DNA from: a virus
Lineage: Duplodnaviria; Caudoviricetes
Virus record (IMG/VR): IMGVR_UViG_3300006484_000039
Coordinates: 1 to 30,656 of that record
Strand: one strand, 5' to 3'
DNA length: 30,656 nt
Made by a program: the position numbers and the translations under genes. The notes under the pieces are model-generated. The model searched no databases, was not told the origin of the DNA, and saw only the letters and a list, made by a program, of their open reading frames with translations. Shown here piece by piece: positions 10,982 to 20,796 of this stretch. Positions within the stretch are counted from its first letter, which is position 1. Every line of letters starts with the position of its first letter.

Positions 10982-11401
10982 ATGAAAACATTTCAATCAA
11001 ACTATTCGTTCCTATCAAAAATATTCTTAAAACTCGTATCTGAAGATCAAGTTTTTAAAACTAGATTTCAAGCATTTGCTCCAGAAATTTATGCTGATAT
11101 TGAATCTGCATCTACAAATCCAAATTGTTCTTGTAGACAAAAAGTAGAAGCATTTGTTAATACAAACAAAGAAAAAGCCGCACACTTCTTGAATCTTTAT
11201 TCAAGTGAGTTCGATAAAGATATTGATGTTTCTGAAATAGAAAAAAACAATACTATTATCCCACTTGCAGGAACTACTGACATAGTTAAAATTGCTGAGT
11301 GGAAAGAATTTTACCAAAAACTTGTAAACATGAGAGCAGGTTGGAGAAACTTTTCTTTAATAAAATTGGATGACGAAACTGTACAAGTATTTTTCATATG
11401 A
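10982..11401 (+). CDS. Hypothetical protein with NPNCSCR (CxC) motif
   Basis: 139-aa ORF with a TTGACT-N16-TAAATT promoter at 10944-10971 and an ATGA overlap with the next gene. Confidence 0.75.
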   Translation: MKTFQSNYSFLSKIFLKLVSEDQVFKTRFQAFAPEIYADIESASTNPNCSCRQKVEAFVNTNKEKAAHFLNLYSSEFDKDIDVSEIEKNNTIIPLAGTTDIVKIAEWKEFYQKLVNMRAGWRNFSLIKLDDETVQVFFI

Positions 11402-11685
11402 TACTGTTTGAAACACTAACTTACATCATATTAGGATTGAGTGTAAGTTTCATGTGGAGTTTTTCTGATATATTTTCTCCTGTAAGAAACCTAATTGCAA
11501 GAGTTCCATATATCAGGAAACCTCTAATATGTCCAGAGTGTAGTAGTTTCTGGATGGGTGTTTTAACATCTTTATTTTATAATCCTCTTTTTAGTGTATT
11601 AGGATATTTTTCATATCCATTTTCAGGATTGATTGTGCATTTATTTGCATGTTTTATTTATAAAATTTATTTCAAATTAAAATAA
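11398..11685 (+). CDS. Small membrane protein with CPECSSFW motif (DUF1360-like)
   Basis: About three hydrophobic segments; the F.P.R...LICPECSSFW pattern resembles DUF1360. Confidence 0.7.
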   Translation: MILFETLTYIILGLSVSFMWSFSDIFSPVRNLIARVPYIRKPLICPECSSFWMGVLTSLFYNPLFSVLGYFSYPFSGLIVHLFACFIYKIYFKLK

Positions 11686-11700
11686 ATAATATTTAATATT

Positions 11701-11734
11701 AAAAAAAACACACTCGAAAGAGTGTGTTTTTTTT
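11701..11734. terminator. Bidirectional intrinsic terminator
   Basis: A-tract, ACACACTC-GAAA-GAGTGTGT hairpin and T-tract, lying between convergent genes. Confidence 0.9.
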
Positions 11735-11751
11735 GTTTTAAATTAAAAGTT

Positions 11752-12531
11752 TTACTGATTTTCTTTAAAGATTAAACTTGCTAAAGAACCATCATCACAT
11801 CCATGAACTATAGAAGTGGAATGTTTTACGGGTACAGCAAAAACTTTTGTTGTGTTTATTTCTTTTCCTCTCTGTAAAACGGATTCTTCTCCGATTAACA
11901 TTCCATCTTCTCCTCTTCTATACTTTTGTGTTCTGAAGCAATGTTGTAATATGGTAGATTGTTTTGCTTTTGGTGTAGTATAGTCTTGGCAGAAAACATC
12001 AAATGCAATTCCAGACTCTTCTACAAAAAGAAGATTTGGAATTGTAAGACCCATTATATAAGCAGGAGGATATACAGCAACACCAACCACATGTTTTGAT
12101 GGTGGTAATGCAACACCTTTCCTTTCCATATATGGAGTATCTTCTATGCAACCAGTATATAGCGAATTTGAAGTATTATATTCAAATTCTAAATCATTTA
12201 TCCAATTATGTTTTATTGGAGTAGTATCTAGTTCCATCCAAAACCAAGGAATCTCATATTCTTGTTTATATAAATATCTAATCGTTTCACTCCAATAAAA
12301 ATTAGGTCCATCTGGCCAATTTTTAATACCTTCGCTATTAAAAATATGAAGGGATTCTTTTTTAAATAGTCCCTTTATATTTGATAATAATTTAAGTGAG
12401 TGTTTTGAATCATATGGTCTAGATACAATTAAAACTTCGTGATTTGGATATGGACCAAACACCTTTAAAACTTTTGAAAAGTTATCAATTAAACTACTGT
12501 CAGAATATGATACTGGAATTACTATTAACAT
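11752..12531 (-). CDS. Putative glycosyltransferase-like protein (GT-A-like)
   Basis: WFWMELDTTP...WINDL, GVAVYP, AFDVF and IVHG motifs. Start moved to ATG 12531 because the TTG at 12573 is a TTGACT -35 box. Confidence 0.55.
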   Translation of the reverse strand: MLIVIPVSYSDSSLIDNFSKVLKVFGPYPNHEVLIVSRPYDSKHSLKLLSNIKGLFKKESLHIFNSEGIKNWPDGPNFYWSETIRYLYKQEYEIPWFWMELDTTPIKHNWINDLEFEYNTSNSLYTGCIEDTPYMERKGVALPPSKHVVGVAVYPPAYIMGLTIPNLLFVEESGIAFDVFCQDYTTPKAKQSTILQHCFRTQKYRRGEDGMLIGEESVLQRGKEINTTKVFAVPVKHSTSIVHGCDDGSLASLIFKENQ

Positions 12532-12605
12532 AATGTTTGTTATATATTTTAATATATAACAATGCAAAGTCAATATGAATAAAAATAATTAATTAATTTA
12601 TACAA

Positions 12606-14789
12606 TCAATATGTACAATAATAACAAGTAGTAAATCCAGCATCTCCGCAAGCATTAGAAACTGGTGTAGGAAGCTGTCCTGAAGGACAATTTGTTTGTG
12701 GAGTATGAGAATATTGACTTCCACAAGAAGCACAACTATCTCTCTTACAGCATTCACAAGTCTGCATACATCCAATACTAAGACCATTACCAGTAGATTT
12801 GGGGAGATTAACATAATCAGTATGATATCCAGAAGGACAATCATTAACAAACTGACTACCACTAGAATTTATAATATGACCAGCATCACATTGAGTATTA
12901 TTACATTCTACACAGTCAATATACTGACAAGCAGTCCAGCAATTACTAGTTCCGCATTTTACTGGCCTCGATGGATCTGATAAACCACAATCTGGTTTAT
13001 CAGTCATATAGCCACAAGGCGAACAATCATCAAGATTTTGTTCACAATATTCACAAAATTCACATTGACTAAATCCTGATGGATTCAGTGGTGTATTTGG
13101 ACCAGGACTGCATCTTTTTGCGGTATACCCAACACCGCACTGAGGATTGCTATTTCCAGAACCACCCCCAGGACATACACACCCATACTCTGCACAATCT
13201 ACTGGACAACCCACACCGGTACATGCACATGTATTTTGGGCTGCATATGTTGGATCTGTACAATCATTTTTTGTTGGTGGGGTATCAGAAACACATTTAT
13301 AACAACTTGATTTTCCAGCATCTGAACATGGACTATAAACACTAGGACCCGCTTTTTGTCCTGCTGGACAATTTGTTGGTGGATCTTTATAATATCCAGA
13401 ACATTTAGTACAATCATCTGGAACACAGCAATCACATGTTTGACAAGGGAATGTAGTAGTACCACCAAAGCTTTGAACAGAACTGTCTAAGTGCCAATAT
13501 TCCTTACATATTCCATCAACTGGGAATTCAGACCCAGAAGGACATTGATCATTCTGACAAGTCACACAGTCGGTAGGATCAGGTGTACAACTCCAACACT
13601 GCACTTGAGGATTTGGTCCACATGAACTTTGCATCCATATATCTCCAGCATTGGGACAATCAAAATTGGGTTTTTCCTCGTAATAGTCGGCTCCGCAAGA
13701 ATCTATACAAGTCAAACCTGCACAAACATCTTTATATTGATTCTTTTCTTCTTGAGTAGCCTTATCACAGTCAATGCATTCATAGCATGGATTGTTTGGG
13801 ACTCCAGTAAGAATCGCCACTGCTTGTGCCTCTTCATCGTAAGGACAAGTGCTTCCTCTTGGAATTTTACCATCGACTATACACTGCTGTGGATCTGGTG
13901 TCATTGGCATTCCAATAGCTTCCACATCTTCTGGCTTTGAAGCACACACATTACAATTTGGAGGGAGACACCACCAACACGTCAAACAACTTCCCCACGG
14001 TTGCCAAGACCCCCCAGCCCCTCCTACCGATCCTAAAGCATCACAATTTACCCCTCCTAAACAATCACATGCTTTGTCGTAGCCACCATACCATTCACAT
14101 GTTTCCCCATCTGGACAATAATTAGAAGCACAACCACATGTACTGCAATTATATAAACCTTTTGAAATGATTTTTTTTGTTGTAAAAAAGGGTCGAATAC
14201 CATCTGGAATAAAAACACGATCTATATCGCAATTTGTTTGATTATAATTTCTATGCGAATATTCCCAATTATTTACATAATCTACACAATCATCAAGTTC
14301 AGATAATCTAAAATCTTTACAAGTTGCTTGCTCCCAACACTCACAACATTTTAATGCAGAAAGAGGATTTACCATATGTTTTCCATCTGGAGTAACTTTA
14401 TATGGATTAAAATTTTGAAACATAGTTACTTGTGTATTTTGATTACAATCACATCTATTTGTTTCTTTAAGTCCAAAATCTGCACATGTTGCAAATTTTG
14501 GTTCTACTGTTACAGTTGTTGTTTTTATAACAGGAACATCTAGTGTGTATGAGTCTAATACCAAAGAACATTCGGGAACAATACTATCTACATCTATTCC
14601 ACAATCTCTATATACATACTGAATAAGAGGAATTTCTTCTGGAATATAATCAGAGTTTGGATTTAGTGATAAACTATAATAATCAACTAAAGTACATAAA
14701 TCATTAGTTGATTCATCTAATAAAAAGTTTCCATTTACAACACAGTCTCCTTTTGTAAAAGAATTTAATGGTATTATTTCCTTTGGCAT
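12606..14789 (-). CDS. Hyper-cysteine-rich modular protein, probably late/virion-associated
   Basis: About 84 Cys in 727 aa by manual count, with recurring 6-Cys and 8-Cys modules. TATAAATA at 14800-14807. Confidence 0.85.
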   Translation of the reverse strand: MPKEIIPLNSFTKGDCVVNGNFLLDESTNDLCTLVDYYSLSLNPNSDYIPEEIPLIQYVYRDCGIDVDSIVPECSLVLDSYTLDVPVIKTTTVTVEPKFATCADFGLKETNRCDCNQNTQVTMFQNFNPYKVTPDGKHMVNPLSALKCCECWEQATCKDFRLSELDDCVDYVNNWEYSHRNYNQTNCDIDRVFIPDGIRPFFTTKKIISKGLYNCSTCGCASNYCPDGETCEWYGGYDKACDCLGGVNCDALGSVGGAGGSWQPWGSCLTCWWCLPPNCNVCASKPEDVEAIGMPMTPDPQQCIVDGKIPRGSTCPYDEEAQAVAILTGVPNNPCYECIDCDKATQEEKNQYKDVCAGLTCIDSCGADYYEEKPNFDCPNAGDIWMQSSCGPNPQVQCWSCTPDPTDCVTCQNDQCPSGSEFPVDGICKEYWHLDSSVQSFGGTTTFPCQTCDCCVPDDCTKCSGYYKDPPTNCPAGQKAGPSVYSPCSDAGKSSCYKCVSDTPPTKNDCTDPTYAAQNTCACTGVGCPVDCAEYGCVCPGGGSGNSNPQCGVGYTAKRCSPGPNTPLNPSGFSQCEFCEYCEQNLDDCSPCGYMTDKPDCGLSDPSRPVKCGTSNCWTACQYIDCVECNNTQCDAGHIINSSGSQFVNDCPSGYHTDYVNLPKSTGNGLSIGCMQTCECCKRDSCASCGSQYSHTPQTNCPSGQLPTPVSNACGDAGFTTCYYCTY

Positions 14790-14808
14790 TATATTTTATT
14801 ATTTATAG

Positions 14809-17800
14809 CTATAAACTAAATTTTCTAGGATTTGGATAAATTGCGTATTTTAATTTATCATCACCCACCATTAAACCACTACCAACAGGACTTGGTATAT
14901 TATTAACAATAAAAGAAGGATATTTTGATATTATTTTAAGTCCATTGTTACATCCACAATCAAAAATATAAGGATTTGATTGTGGAGTTGATAGTGTTAA
15001 TGTTATTGATGGAGTCTGTTTAAATCCTAAAAATGGGAAAAAATTATCATTTTGTTCATAAGATTTAAATAATCCATAATTATTTCCAAATATATCAATT
15101 TTCCAACTAACAACACTTCCTTTATCAATTAAAAGATCTTCTATTCTTTTTATGTATGAAGATGCTAATAATTCTTTCCTAAATCCTACTGGATATTTAT
15201 TTTTCGTATTCCAATTTGATTTAGAACTCCAAAATTTAAAATCATCGTCTTGATTAGATAAACCAAATGGATTTCTCTTTGTTATTTCATATTTGGATTG
15301 ATATGGAGTAAATTTTTGATTGTTTAAAGTGTCTTTTATTCTTCCTGCAATTGTAGACGAGCTATAAGATTCAAACATCCATCTATTATCTATTTCTGTT
15401 ATTTTAACTGGAGTTATTTGATCCTTTTTAGTCAGTCCCCTATTTCTAGGTCCATATTTATTAGTATCTAAAAACATTCTTTCTGCACTTAAACTATCAC
15501 TAAGATTTAAAGATTCTTTGTTTACTTCTATTTTATACCCCCTACCTCTCCAATGAGAAACTCCTAAATTTTCTGGTAATAAATATTCTCCTACTTGTTT
15601 ATCAGTAACAGATAAAGAAAGATTTGGAATAGTAGCAACTGTTGGATAAAAAATATTATCCAAATTTGCGTATGGTTCAGATGCTTTTAAGACAAGTCCA
15701 CTAGTAAAAATAACAAATGATAAACATTTTTTATCATAAAACAATCCTTGTGTATAATTAAAAGGATTTCTAGCAAAATAATTGTATTTTGCATCTATAA
15801 AAGAATTATATCCTTCTAGAATCATTTGACTTTCTTCATTTGAAGAATATGCAATTAGATCTAATTTGTTTTTAAGATTTAAAAGATCTTGTAAATTAGA
15901 AAAATCTTTCTTGAAAATCATTTTCTTCCATTTATATGAAGAAAGGTATGTTGAAAATGTTAATGATTGATTCCATTCTAGTGCGGTTCTTCCTCTTCTT
16001 TCATATGTCATGAAATCAGAGTTTTTTAAAATCATACTAGAAACTTCTGGTTGATGAACAAGAACATAATCATTTATAAATCGGACTTGACCGCCAAATG
16101 TTTTAGTTTGTTTATCAAAATGTTGATCATAATAGGATTCTACATTAGAATATGATTTTCCCCAGTATGGTTTAGAGCCAGCATAATCACCAATAGCATT
16201 TGGATTAAATTCGTTTTTAAAATAATCCCAACCATTTAATTTTATATTAATTGTAAATGAAATACTTGGAGTCCCAAAAGATGTTCCATTTGGTCCAGTA
16301 AATGATGCTTCTGATTTATGATCATATTTTATATAATCACCGGGTTCTAATACCATATCAGAAAGTTCTCTAGTGGATATCCATTCTCCGTTAGTATTTT
16401 TCAATAATCTATACCATGTTGGTATAATAGGAAAAGATCCTTGTGTTGTTAATAAATATTGTATAAAATTGTTGATGCTTCCATCAGATTCATACAAATA
16501 TTTTTGTAAATTAAAATAACAACTAGGACTAGCAATTATTTCCATCTTATCATTATAATAAGAATTAGGACCTACATCTATAGCATGTATCCTTATTCCC
16601 TTTTGTTTTAATGCAGAAGCATATGGAATACTTTCATTAACTTTTAGATTATCATCACCATCACTGAATAGCAATATAGTTTTCTTTGCGTCTGCTCTTG
16701 GGGAGTTTGTTCTAATTGTTTTTTTACCTATTTTAGATAAAACATCATCCAATGAACGACATAAATCCAATATGTCATTTTGTGATATTGCTTCTACATT
16801 TTTTATTTCTGTATTTAAAATATAATCAGCAGCTTTAAATGCACTCGTTATATCAGTTTTTTTAATAGGATTTGTTGTTGGAATTGGTATTTGATGTATA
16901 GCTTGATTTATAATATCAAAATCCCTACTTAAAAATGAAAGATTTGCGGCTGTTTCAGAAAATGTTACAATAGATACTTGTACATCTCCTGTACAAGCAA
17001 GTGCATTTTTTATAAATTCTTTAACTATTTCTTTAGTAGTGTTAATATTTTTATGTTCTGAAGTACTAACATCCAATATTATACATAAGTCATATTTACC
17101 GCTACTAAATTCACATCCTTGTACGTTCTTATATGCATATTTTATAACAATATAAGGAGTTTCTGTAGTAGTTAATGTATTTGATATATCATTTCTAATA
17201 GAAGTTCTGTAATAGGTATATCTTCTACCAGTTTTTAATATCATTCTTTTATCATTTCCAGTTTTCCAATATCCAGTTCCCCAACCAACTTCTTGATCTC
17301 CTTCTTTTCCATCCAACTTGTAAAAGGAAAATTGTGGACTGTTATATGCATTATATCCGCGAGTATCCAACCAAGAATTTATTGTAAAATCATCACCCAA
17401 TCCTTGTGGATCTGCAAATAGATAATCTGCTAATCCATTATAATCAGTAAATTTATTTCCAGAATGACCGATAGGAGAGTAGTTTACAGATTTACATCTA
17501 CAATTGGACCAATATTTTTGTCCTTCTACTAATGGATTGGGATTATTAAAGTCTTGATTTTGATAATAGTTATGTGGTGATGTTTTTAAATATGGACAAT
17601 CTTCAGCATGTTTTCTATAAAAAATAACATCATCTGCATATGTGTCTTTATCCATCCAAACAAAAGAAATTTTTTCTAATGGTTGTATTATTGTTGCTAT
17701 ACCACCTTGTACATTTCCTTCTAAGTGAGAAGAACAATAAGATGCTATTTCATCATCATATACATTCAATCCCATATCTATGTTAATGTTATTAATATTA

Positions 17801-19539
17801 CCAGATCCTAACCATGCTGCTTCTATGATTTCTTCGCTTCTTGAATTTAATTTAAAAATTACATCAGAATTGCTATAACTGCTTCCAGCAACACACCCTA
17901 GCATATTATTAGAAGCATCCATATCTGCTAACTTCACAGGCAAGCAAGTGTCATTTAAAACTGTTATAGGAATGTTTTGAAAGAAATCAAATGTATCTAT
18001 GGGCCATAATATATTACTATTTCCTATAGATATTGGAATATCTGTTTTTAAATGTTTATATAAAAACGCTTCTTCTGTGATTCCTCTAGTAGCATCTGAA
18101 TAAACTAAAGTGTTTATTTCAGAATAATTTCTTCTAGTCAATGTATCAGATTGATCAGAAAAAACATCTGCATATGCACCGTCATATACTAGTGAAGTAT
18201 CATTTATATATAAATCTTGTGCTGTTGATATTGGAAGAGATTCAGTATAATACTTTTGTAGCAAACCTGTTTGTTCTGGTTTTGAAAGTTTTTCAAAGAT
18301 AATATAATCATCTTTTTTTATACTAAATCCTCCCCATTGAGTTCCTCTAGATATTAATTTGAAGTTTGCATATGGATATATAAATTCTCTAGAACTTTTA
18401 GCATTAATATCTAATTCCATAGTATCATATGATACTTCATATCTTGGACCTTCTAACCATGCACCTTCGACTATTCCGTTTTTATTTGTAAAAATTAAAT
18501 CCGAGTTTGTGTAATCATCTCCTCCGGTTGCTCCTGAATTAGCTAGATTAGAATTATTTATGTATATAGGAGCATATACATTGTTATACAAATCTGTTCT
18601 AAGTATCTTGTCACCAGATGGCCAATAAAACCAATTGTTTCCATTTTCAAAATTTAAATTTAAAATATAATCAGGAGTGGTGATTTCTTTTATTTTTACA
18701 GCAGTTAATCCATAAACATTTTCTGCTAAATATTTTTTAGATGCTTCTATTTGATTATATATATTAGTTGTCTTATCATCAAATAAACTAACGGTAGAGA
18801 GAGTTGGTATGCTTAAAAGGTATTGATTAAATATTCTAGACAATGGAGTATCAGCAACTCTAGACAAGTAATTTGTTGAAAGTAATTTTATAACTTCTTC
18901 GTCTTTTAACTTTTCAAAGGAAACATCATTTACTATATCCTCAATATTAAAATACTTGTTTAAAGCAACTGATGGATCAAAATCATGGTATGATTGTGCA
19001 TCGTGCAATTCTTCTACTTCTATAAAAAAGTTTCCAGAAATCGCGGACAACTGAGGAATATGTTGTGATATTGCATTAATAGGTATTTTTGAAATATTAT
19101 GTTCGTCTTTTGTAAATCCCTTTAATATATATTCATATAAAATCTTTTCCAATCCTTTATTAGATCCTACAAGATTGTTTTTTAATTTTTGATTTTTAAG
19201 AGATTCTCTTTTTTCAGATATAGATTTGCATATTTCTTTTAATTTTTCTACAAAATATGGAATAGTAAAAATTAAATCTTCATTACTATTATAATCTAAT
19301 TCTTTTAAAAAAAGATCTTTATCTGTTTCATTAAACATGAAACTCAAATCCTTTAATAGTGTCACATAGTCTTCTCTAATAGTATCTTTGGTAGAAGATT
19401 TTGACTCTTTATTGTTTTTATACCATTCGTTTAAATAGTCTGTATATAATTCTTTAGTATTGTCTGGGTTTATACCAATGTTATATTTCAACCAAACTGG
19501 ATATGCTAACGGAGAGTTTGTAATTAAAGGTAATGACAT
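14809..19539 (-). CDS. Large virion protein (~1576 aa) with an internal von Willebrand factor A domain
   Basis: DLCIILDVSTSE (MIDAS DxSxS), VSIVTFS, ILLFSDG and IRIHAIDVG. Probable start is MSLPLITN at 19539, after TCTAAATA (19557-19564); the extension to 19779 overlaps the opposite-strand gene. Confidence 0.8.
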   Translation of the reverse strand: MSLPLITNSPLAYPVWLKYNIGINPDNTKELYTDYLNEWYKNNKESKSSTKDTIREDYVTLLKDLSFMFNETDKDLFLKELDYNSNEDLIFTIPYFVEKLKEICKSISEKRESLKNQKLKNNLVGSNKGLEKILYEYILKGFTKDEHNISKIPINAISQHIPQLSAISGNFFIEVEELHDAQSYHDFDPSVALNKYFNIEDIVNDVSFEKLKDEEVIKLLSTNYLSRVADTPLSRIFNQYLLSIPTLSTVSLFDDKTTNIYNQIEASKKYLAENVYGLTAVKIKEITTPDYILNLNFENGNNWFYWPSGDKILRTDLYNNVYAPIYINNSNLANSGATGGDDYTNSDLIFTNKNGIVEGAWLEGPRYEVSYDTMELDINAKSSREFIYPYANFKLISRGTQWGGFSIKKDDYIIFEKLSKPEQTGLLQKYYTESLPISTAQDLYINDTSLVYDGAYADVFSDQSDTLTRRNYSEINTLVYSDATRGITEEAFLYKHLKTDIPISIGNSNILWPIDTFDFFQNIPITVLNDTCLPVKLADMDASNNMLGCVAGSSYSNSDVIFKLNSRSEEIIEAAWLGSGNINNINIDMGLNVYDDEIASYCSSHLEGNVQGGIATIIQPLEKISFVWMDKDTYADDVIFYRKHAEDCPYLKTSPHNYYQNQDFNNPNPLVEGQKYWSNCRCKSVNYSPIGHSGNKFTDYNGLADYLFADPQGLGDDFTINSWLDTRGYNAYNSPQFSFYKLDGKEGDQEVGWGTGYWKTGNDKRMILKTGRRYTYYRTSIRNDISNTLTTTETPYIVIKYAYKNVQGCEFSSGKYDLCIILDVSTSEHKNINTTKEIVKEFIKNALACTGDVQVSIVTFSETAANLSFLSRDFDIINQAIHQIPIPTTNPIKKTDITSAFKAADYILNTEIKNVEAISQNDILDLCRSLDDVLSKIGKKTIRTNSPRADAKKTILLFSDGDDNLKVNESIPYASALKQKGIRIHAIDVGPNSYYNDKMEIIASPSCYFNLQKYLYESDGSINNFIQYLLTTQGSFPIIPTWYRLLKNTNGEWISTRELSDMVLEPGDYIKYDHKSEASFTGPNGTSFGTPSISFTINIKLNGWDYFKNEFNPNAIGDYAGSKPYWGKSYSNVESYYDQHFDKQTKTFGGQVRFINDYVLVHQPEVSSMILKNSDFMTYERRGRTALEWNQSLTFSTYLSSYKWKKMIFKKDFSNLQDLLNLKNKLDLIAYSSNEESQMILEGYNSFIDAKYNYFARNPFNYTQGLFYDKKCLSFVIFTSGLVLKASEPYANLDNIFYPTVATIPNLSLSVTDKQVGEYLLPENLGVSHWRGRGYKIEVNKESLNLSDSLSAERMFLDTNKYGPRNRGLTKKDQITPVKITEIDNRWMFESYSSSTIAGRIKDTLNNQKFTPYQSKYEITKRNPFGLSNQDDDFKFWSSKSNWNTKNKYPVGFRKELLASSYIKRIEDLLIDKGSVVSWKIDIFGNNYGLFKSYEQNDNFFPFLGFKQTPSITLTLSTPQSNPYIFDCGCNNGLKIISKYPSFIVNNIPSPVGSGLMVGDDKLKYAIYPNPRKFSL

Positions 19540-19606
19540 GTTTAATCTGTGTATAATATTTAGATCAAATAGATAATTTTTAAAATAAAAGTAAGTAATA
19601 TTATAC

Positions 19607-19798
19607 ATGAACACATTCACTTCCGATTCTATCAACAGTTCACCTGTTGGAATAACTAGACAAAATATCAATAGTGTTCGTAGAACCATTGACATTCCTA
19701 TTAAAAAATCAAAATATAATAAAAAATCTGTTAAAGATGTTAAAAAATTAAAAGAAGTCGTTTTGAAGATAGCTGACATCCTATCAAAAATAAATTGA
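19607..19798 (+). CDS. Small basic hypothetical protein
   Basis: 63-aa ORF preceded by TAAGTA (19592-19597) and divergent from the VWA gene. Confidence 0.6.
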   Translation: MNTFTSDSINSSPVGITRQNINSVRRTIDIPIKKSKYNKKSVKDVKKLKEVVLKIADILSKIN

Positions 19799-19823
19799 CA
19801 TTTTGATATTTTGATATTACTAT
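19795..19823 (+). promoter_or_regulatory. Sigma70-type promoter TTGACA-N17-TACTAT
   Basis: The -10 box ends 6 nt before ATG 19830 (leaderless geometry). Confidence 0.7.
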
Positions 19824-19829
19824 GATTTA

Positions 19830-20582
19830 ATGTATAAAAAAATACAATTCATAGCAAAAACAAAAGAAATGCTTGAGGTGTTAGATAGACCATATCCATC
19901 AATTACTAAACTTCCGAAATGGATTGCTAGTACTCCTTCTTATATAGGAGGAAAAAGATCTGTAGATGTGTATAATGATCCAACATCTACAGTTAAAAAA
20001 TGTTTGCCTGTTATGGATTCTATAACAGCTGGTTATCATATACCATTACACTCTGATGTTTGGGTCGAAAACGAACAAGATGATCCTAATACAATTAACA
20101 TTCGATGGTCTTTTGAAAGCATTCAAGTAGTTGATATACAAAAACAAGAACAGATGGGAACATATCCAATTCCAGATGGATATTATCCTACTGCTTTTAA
20201 ATGGATAAATCCTTGGATAATCAAGACTCCTCCTGGATGGTCTTGTTTGTTTACACATCCATTACATTCTGATGATGTTCCTTTTAAGTGCATGACTTCT
20301 ATAGTAGATACAGATAAATTCCCATTACCAGTTAATTTTGTTTTCTTTTTAAGGAAGAAGTTTTCTGGATTGATAGAAAAAGAAACACCTATTATTCAAG
20401 TAATTCCATTTAAAAGGAATGATTTTAAATCCGAATTCTCTTATGATCATGGATTTTTAAAACAACAATGGGAGAAAGCACATTCTGTTTTCTTTGACAG
20501 ATATAAAAGATTTTTTAGATCACAGAAAAAATATGAGCAAGGAGATGTTAAAAAATGTCCGTTTGCTTTTTTAAATAAGTAA
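19830..20582 (+). CDS. Conserved phage protein, dUTPase-like beta fold (DUF6065-like)
   Basis: TVKKCLPVMDSITAGYHIP, KWINPWIIKTPPGWSCLF, IVDTD and TPIIQVIPFKR motifs, recurrent in phage hypotheticals. Confidence 0.7.
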   Translation: MYKKIQFIAKTKEMLEVLDRPYPSITKLPKWIASTPSYIGGKRSVDVYNDPTSTVKKCLPVMDSITAGYHIPLHSDVWVENEQDDPNTINIRWSFESIQVVDIQKQEQMGTYPIPDGYYPTAFKWINPWIIKTPPGWSCLFTHPLHSDDVPFKCMTSIVDTDKFPLPVNFVFFLRKKFSGLIEKETPIIQVIPFKRNDFKSEFSYDHGFLKQQWEKAHSVFFDRYKRFFRSQKKYEQGDVKKCPFAFLNK

Positions 20583-20604
20583 GTTAAGTATAAGTTACAA
20601 TATT

Positions 20605-20796
20605 ATGATACAAACCCTAAAACATACAATTCAGTTTAAACAAACAGATTCCTTCATAGAAAGGGAACGTGTCATTAATAATGAATTGCTAAAAGTTATG
20701 GATACTTTAAGACAACGTGGTATGTATCCTCTTTCTCATGAAATACTTAATAAAAATGAATCGGGTGCCACTGTTTTAATTTCCTATAGAATATGA
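20605..20796 (+). CDS. Hypothetical protein
   Basis: 63-aa ORF preceded by TAAGT motifs, with an ATGA overlap with the next gene. Confidence 0.65.
   Translation: MIQTLKHTIQFKQTDSFIERERVINNELLKVMDTLRQRGMYPLSHEILNKNESGATVLISYRI

Noticed and set aside
12597-12608. TGA read-through as Sec/Cys, or stop-codon reassignment
   Set aside because: Long genes are intact in code 11, both TGA and TAG act as real stops, and a TAA follows three codons later.
12593-14125. Many short overlapping ORFs within the Cys-rich gene
   Set aside because: By-products of locally higher GC and codon bias in alternative frames.
19540-19779. 80-aa N-terminal extension of the VWA protein
   Set aside because: It overlaps the opposite-strand 63-aa gene and lies upstream of the late-promoter motif; ATG 19539 fits better.
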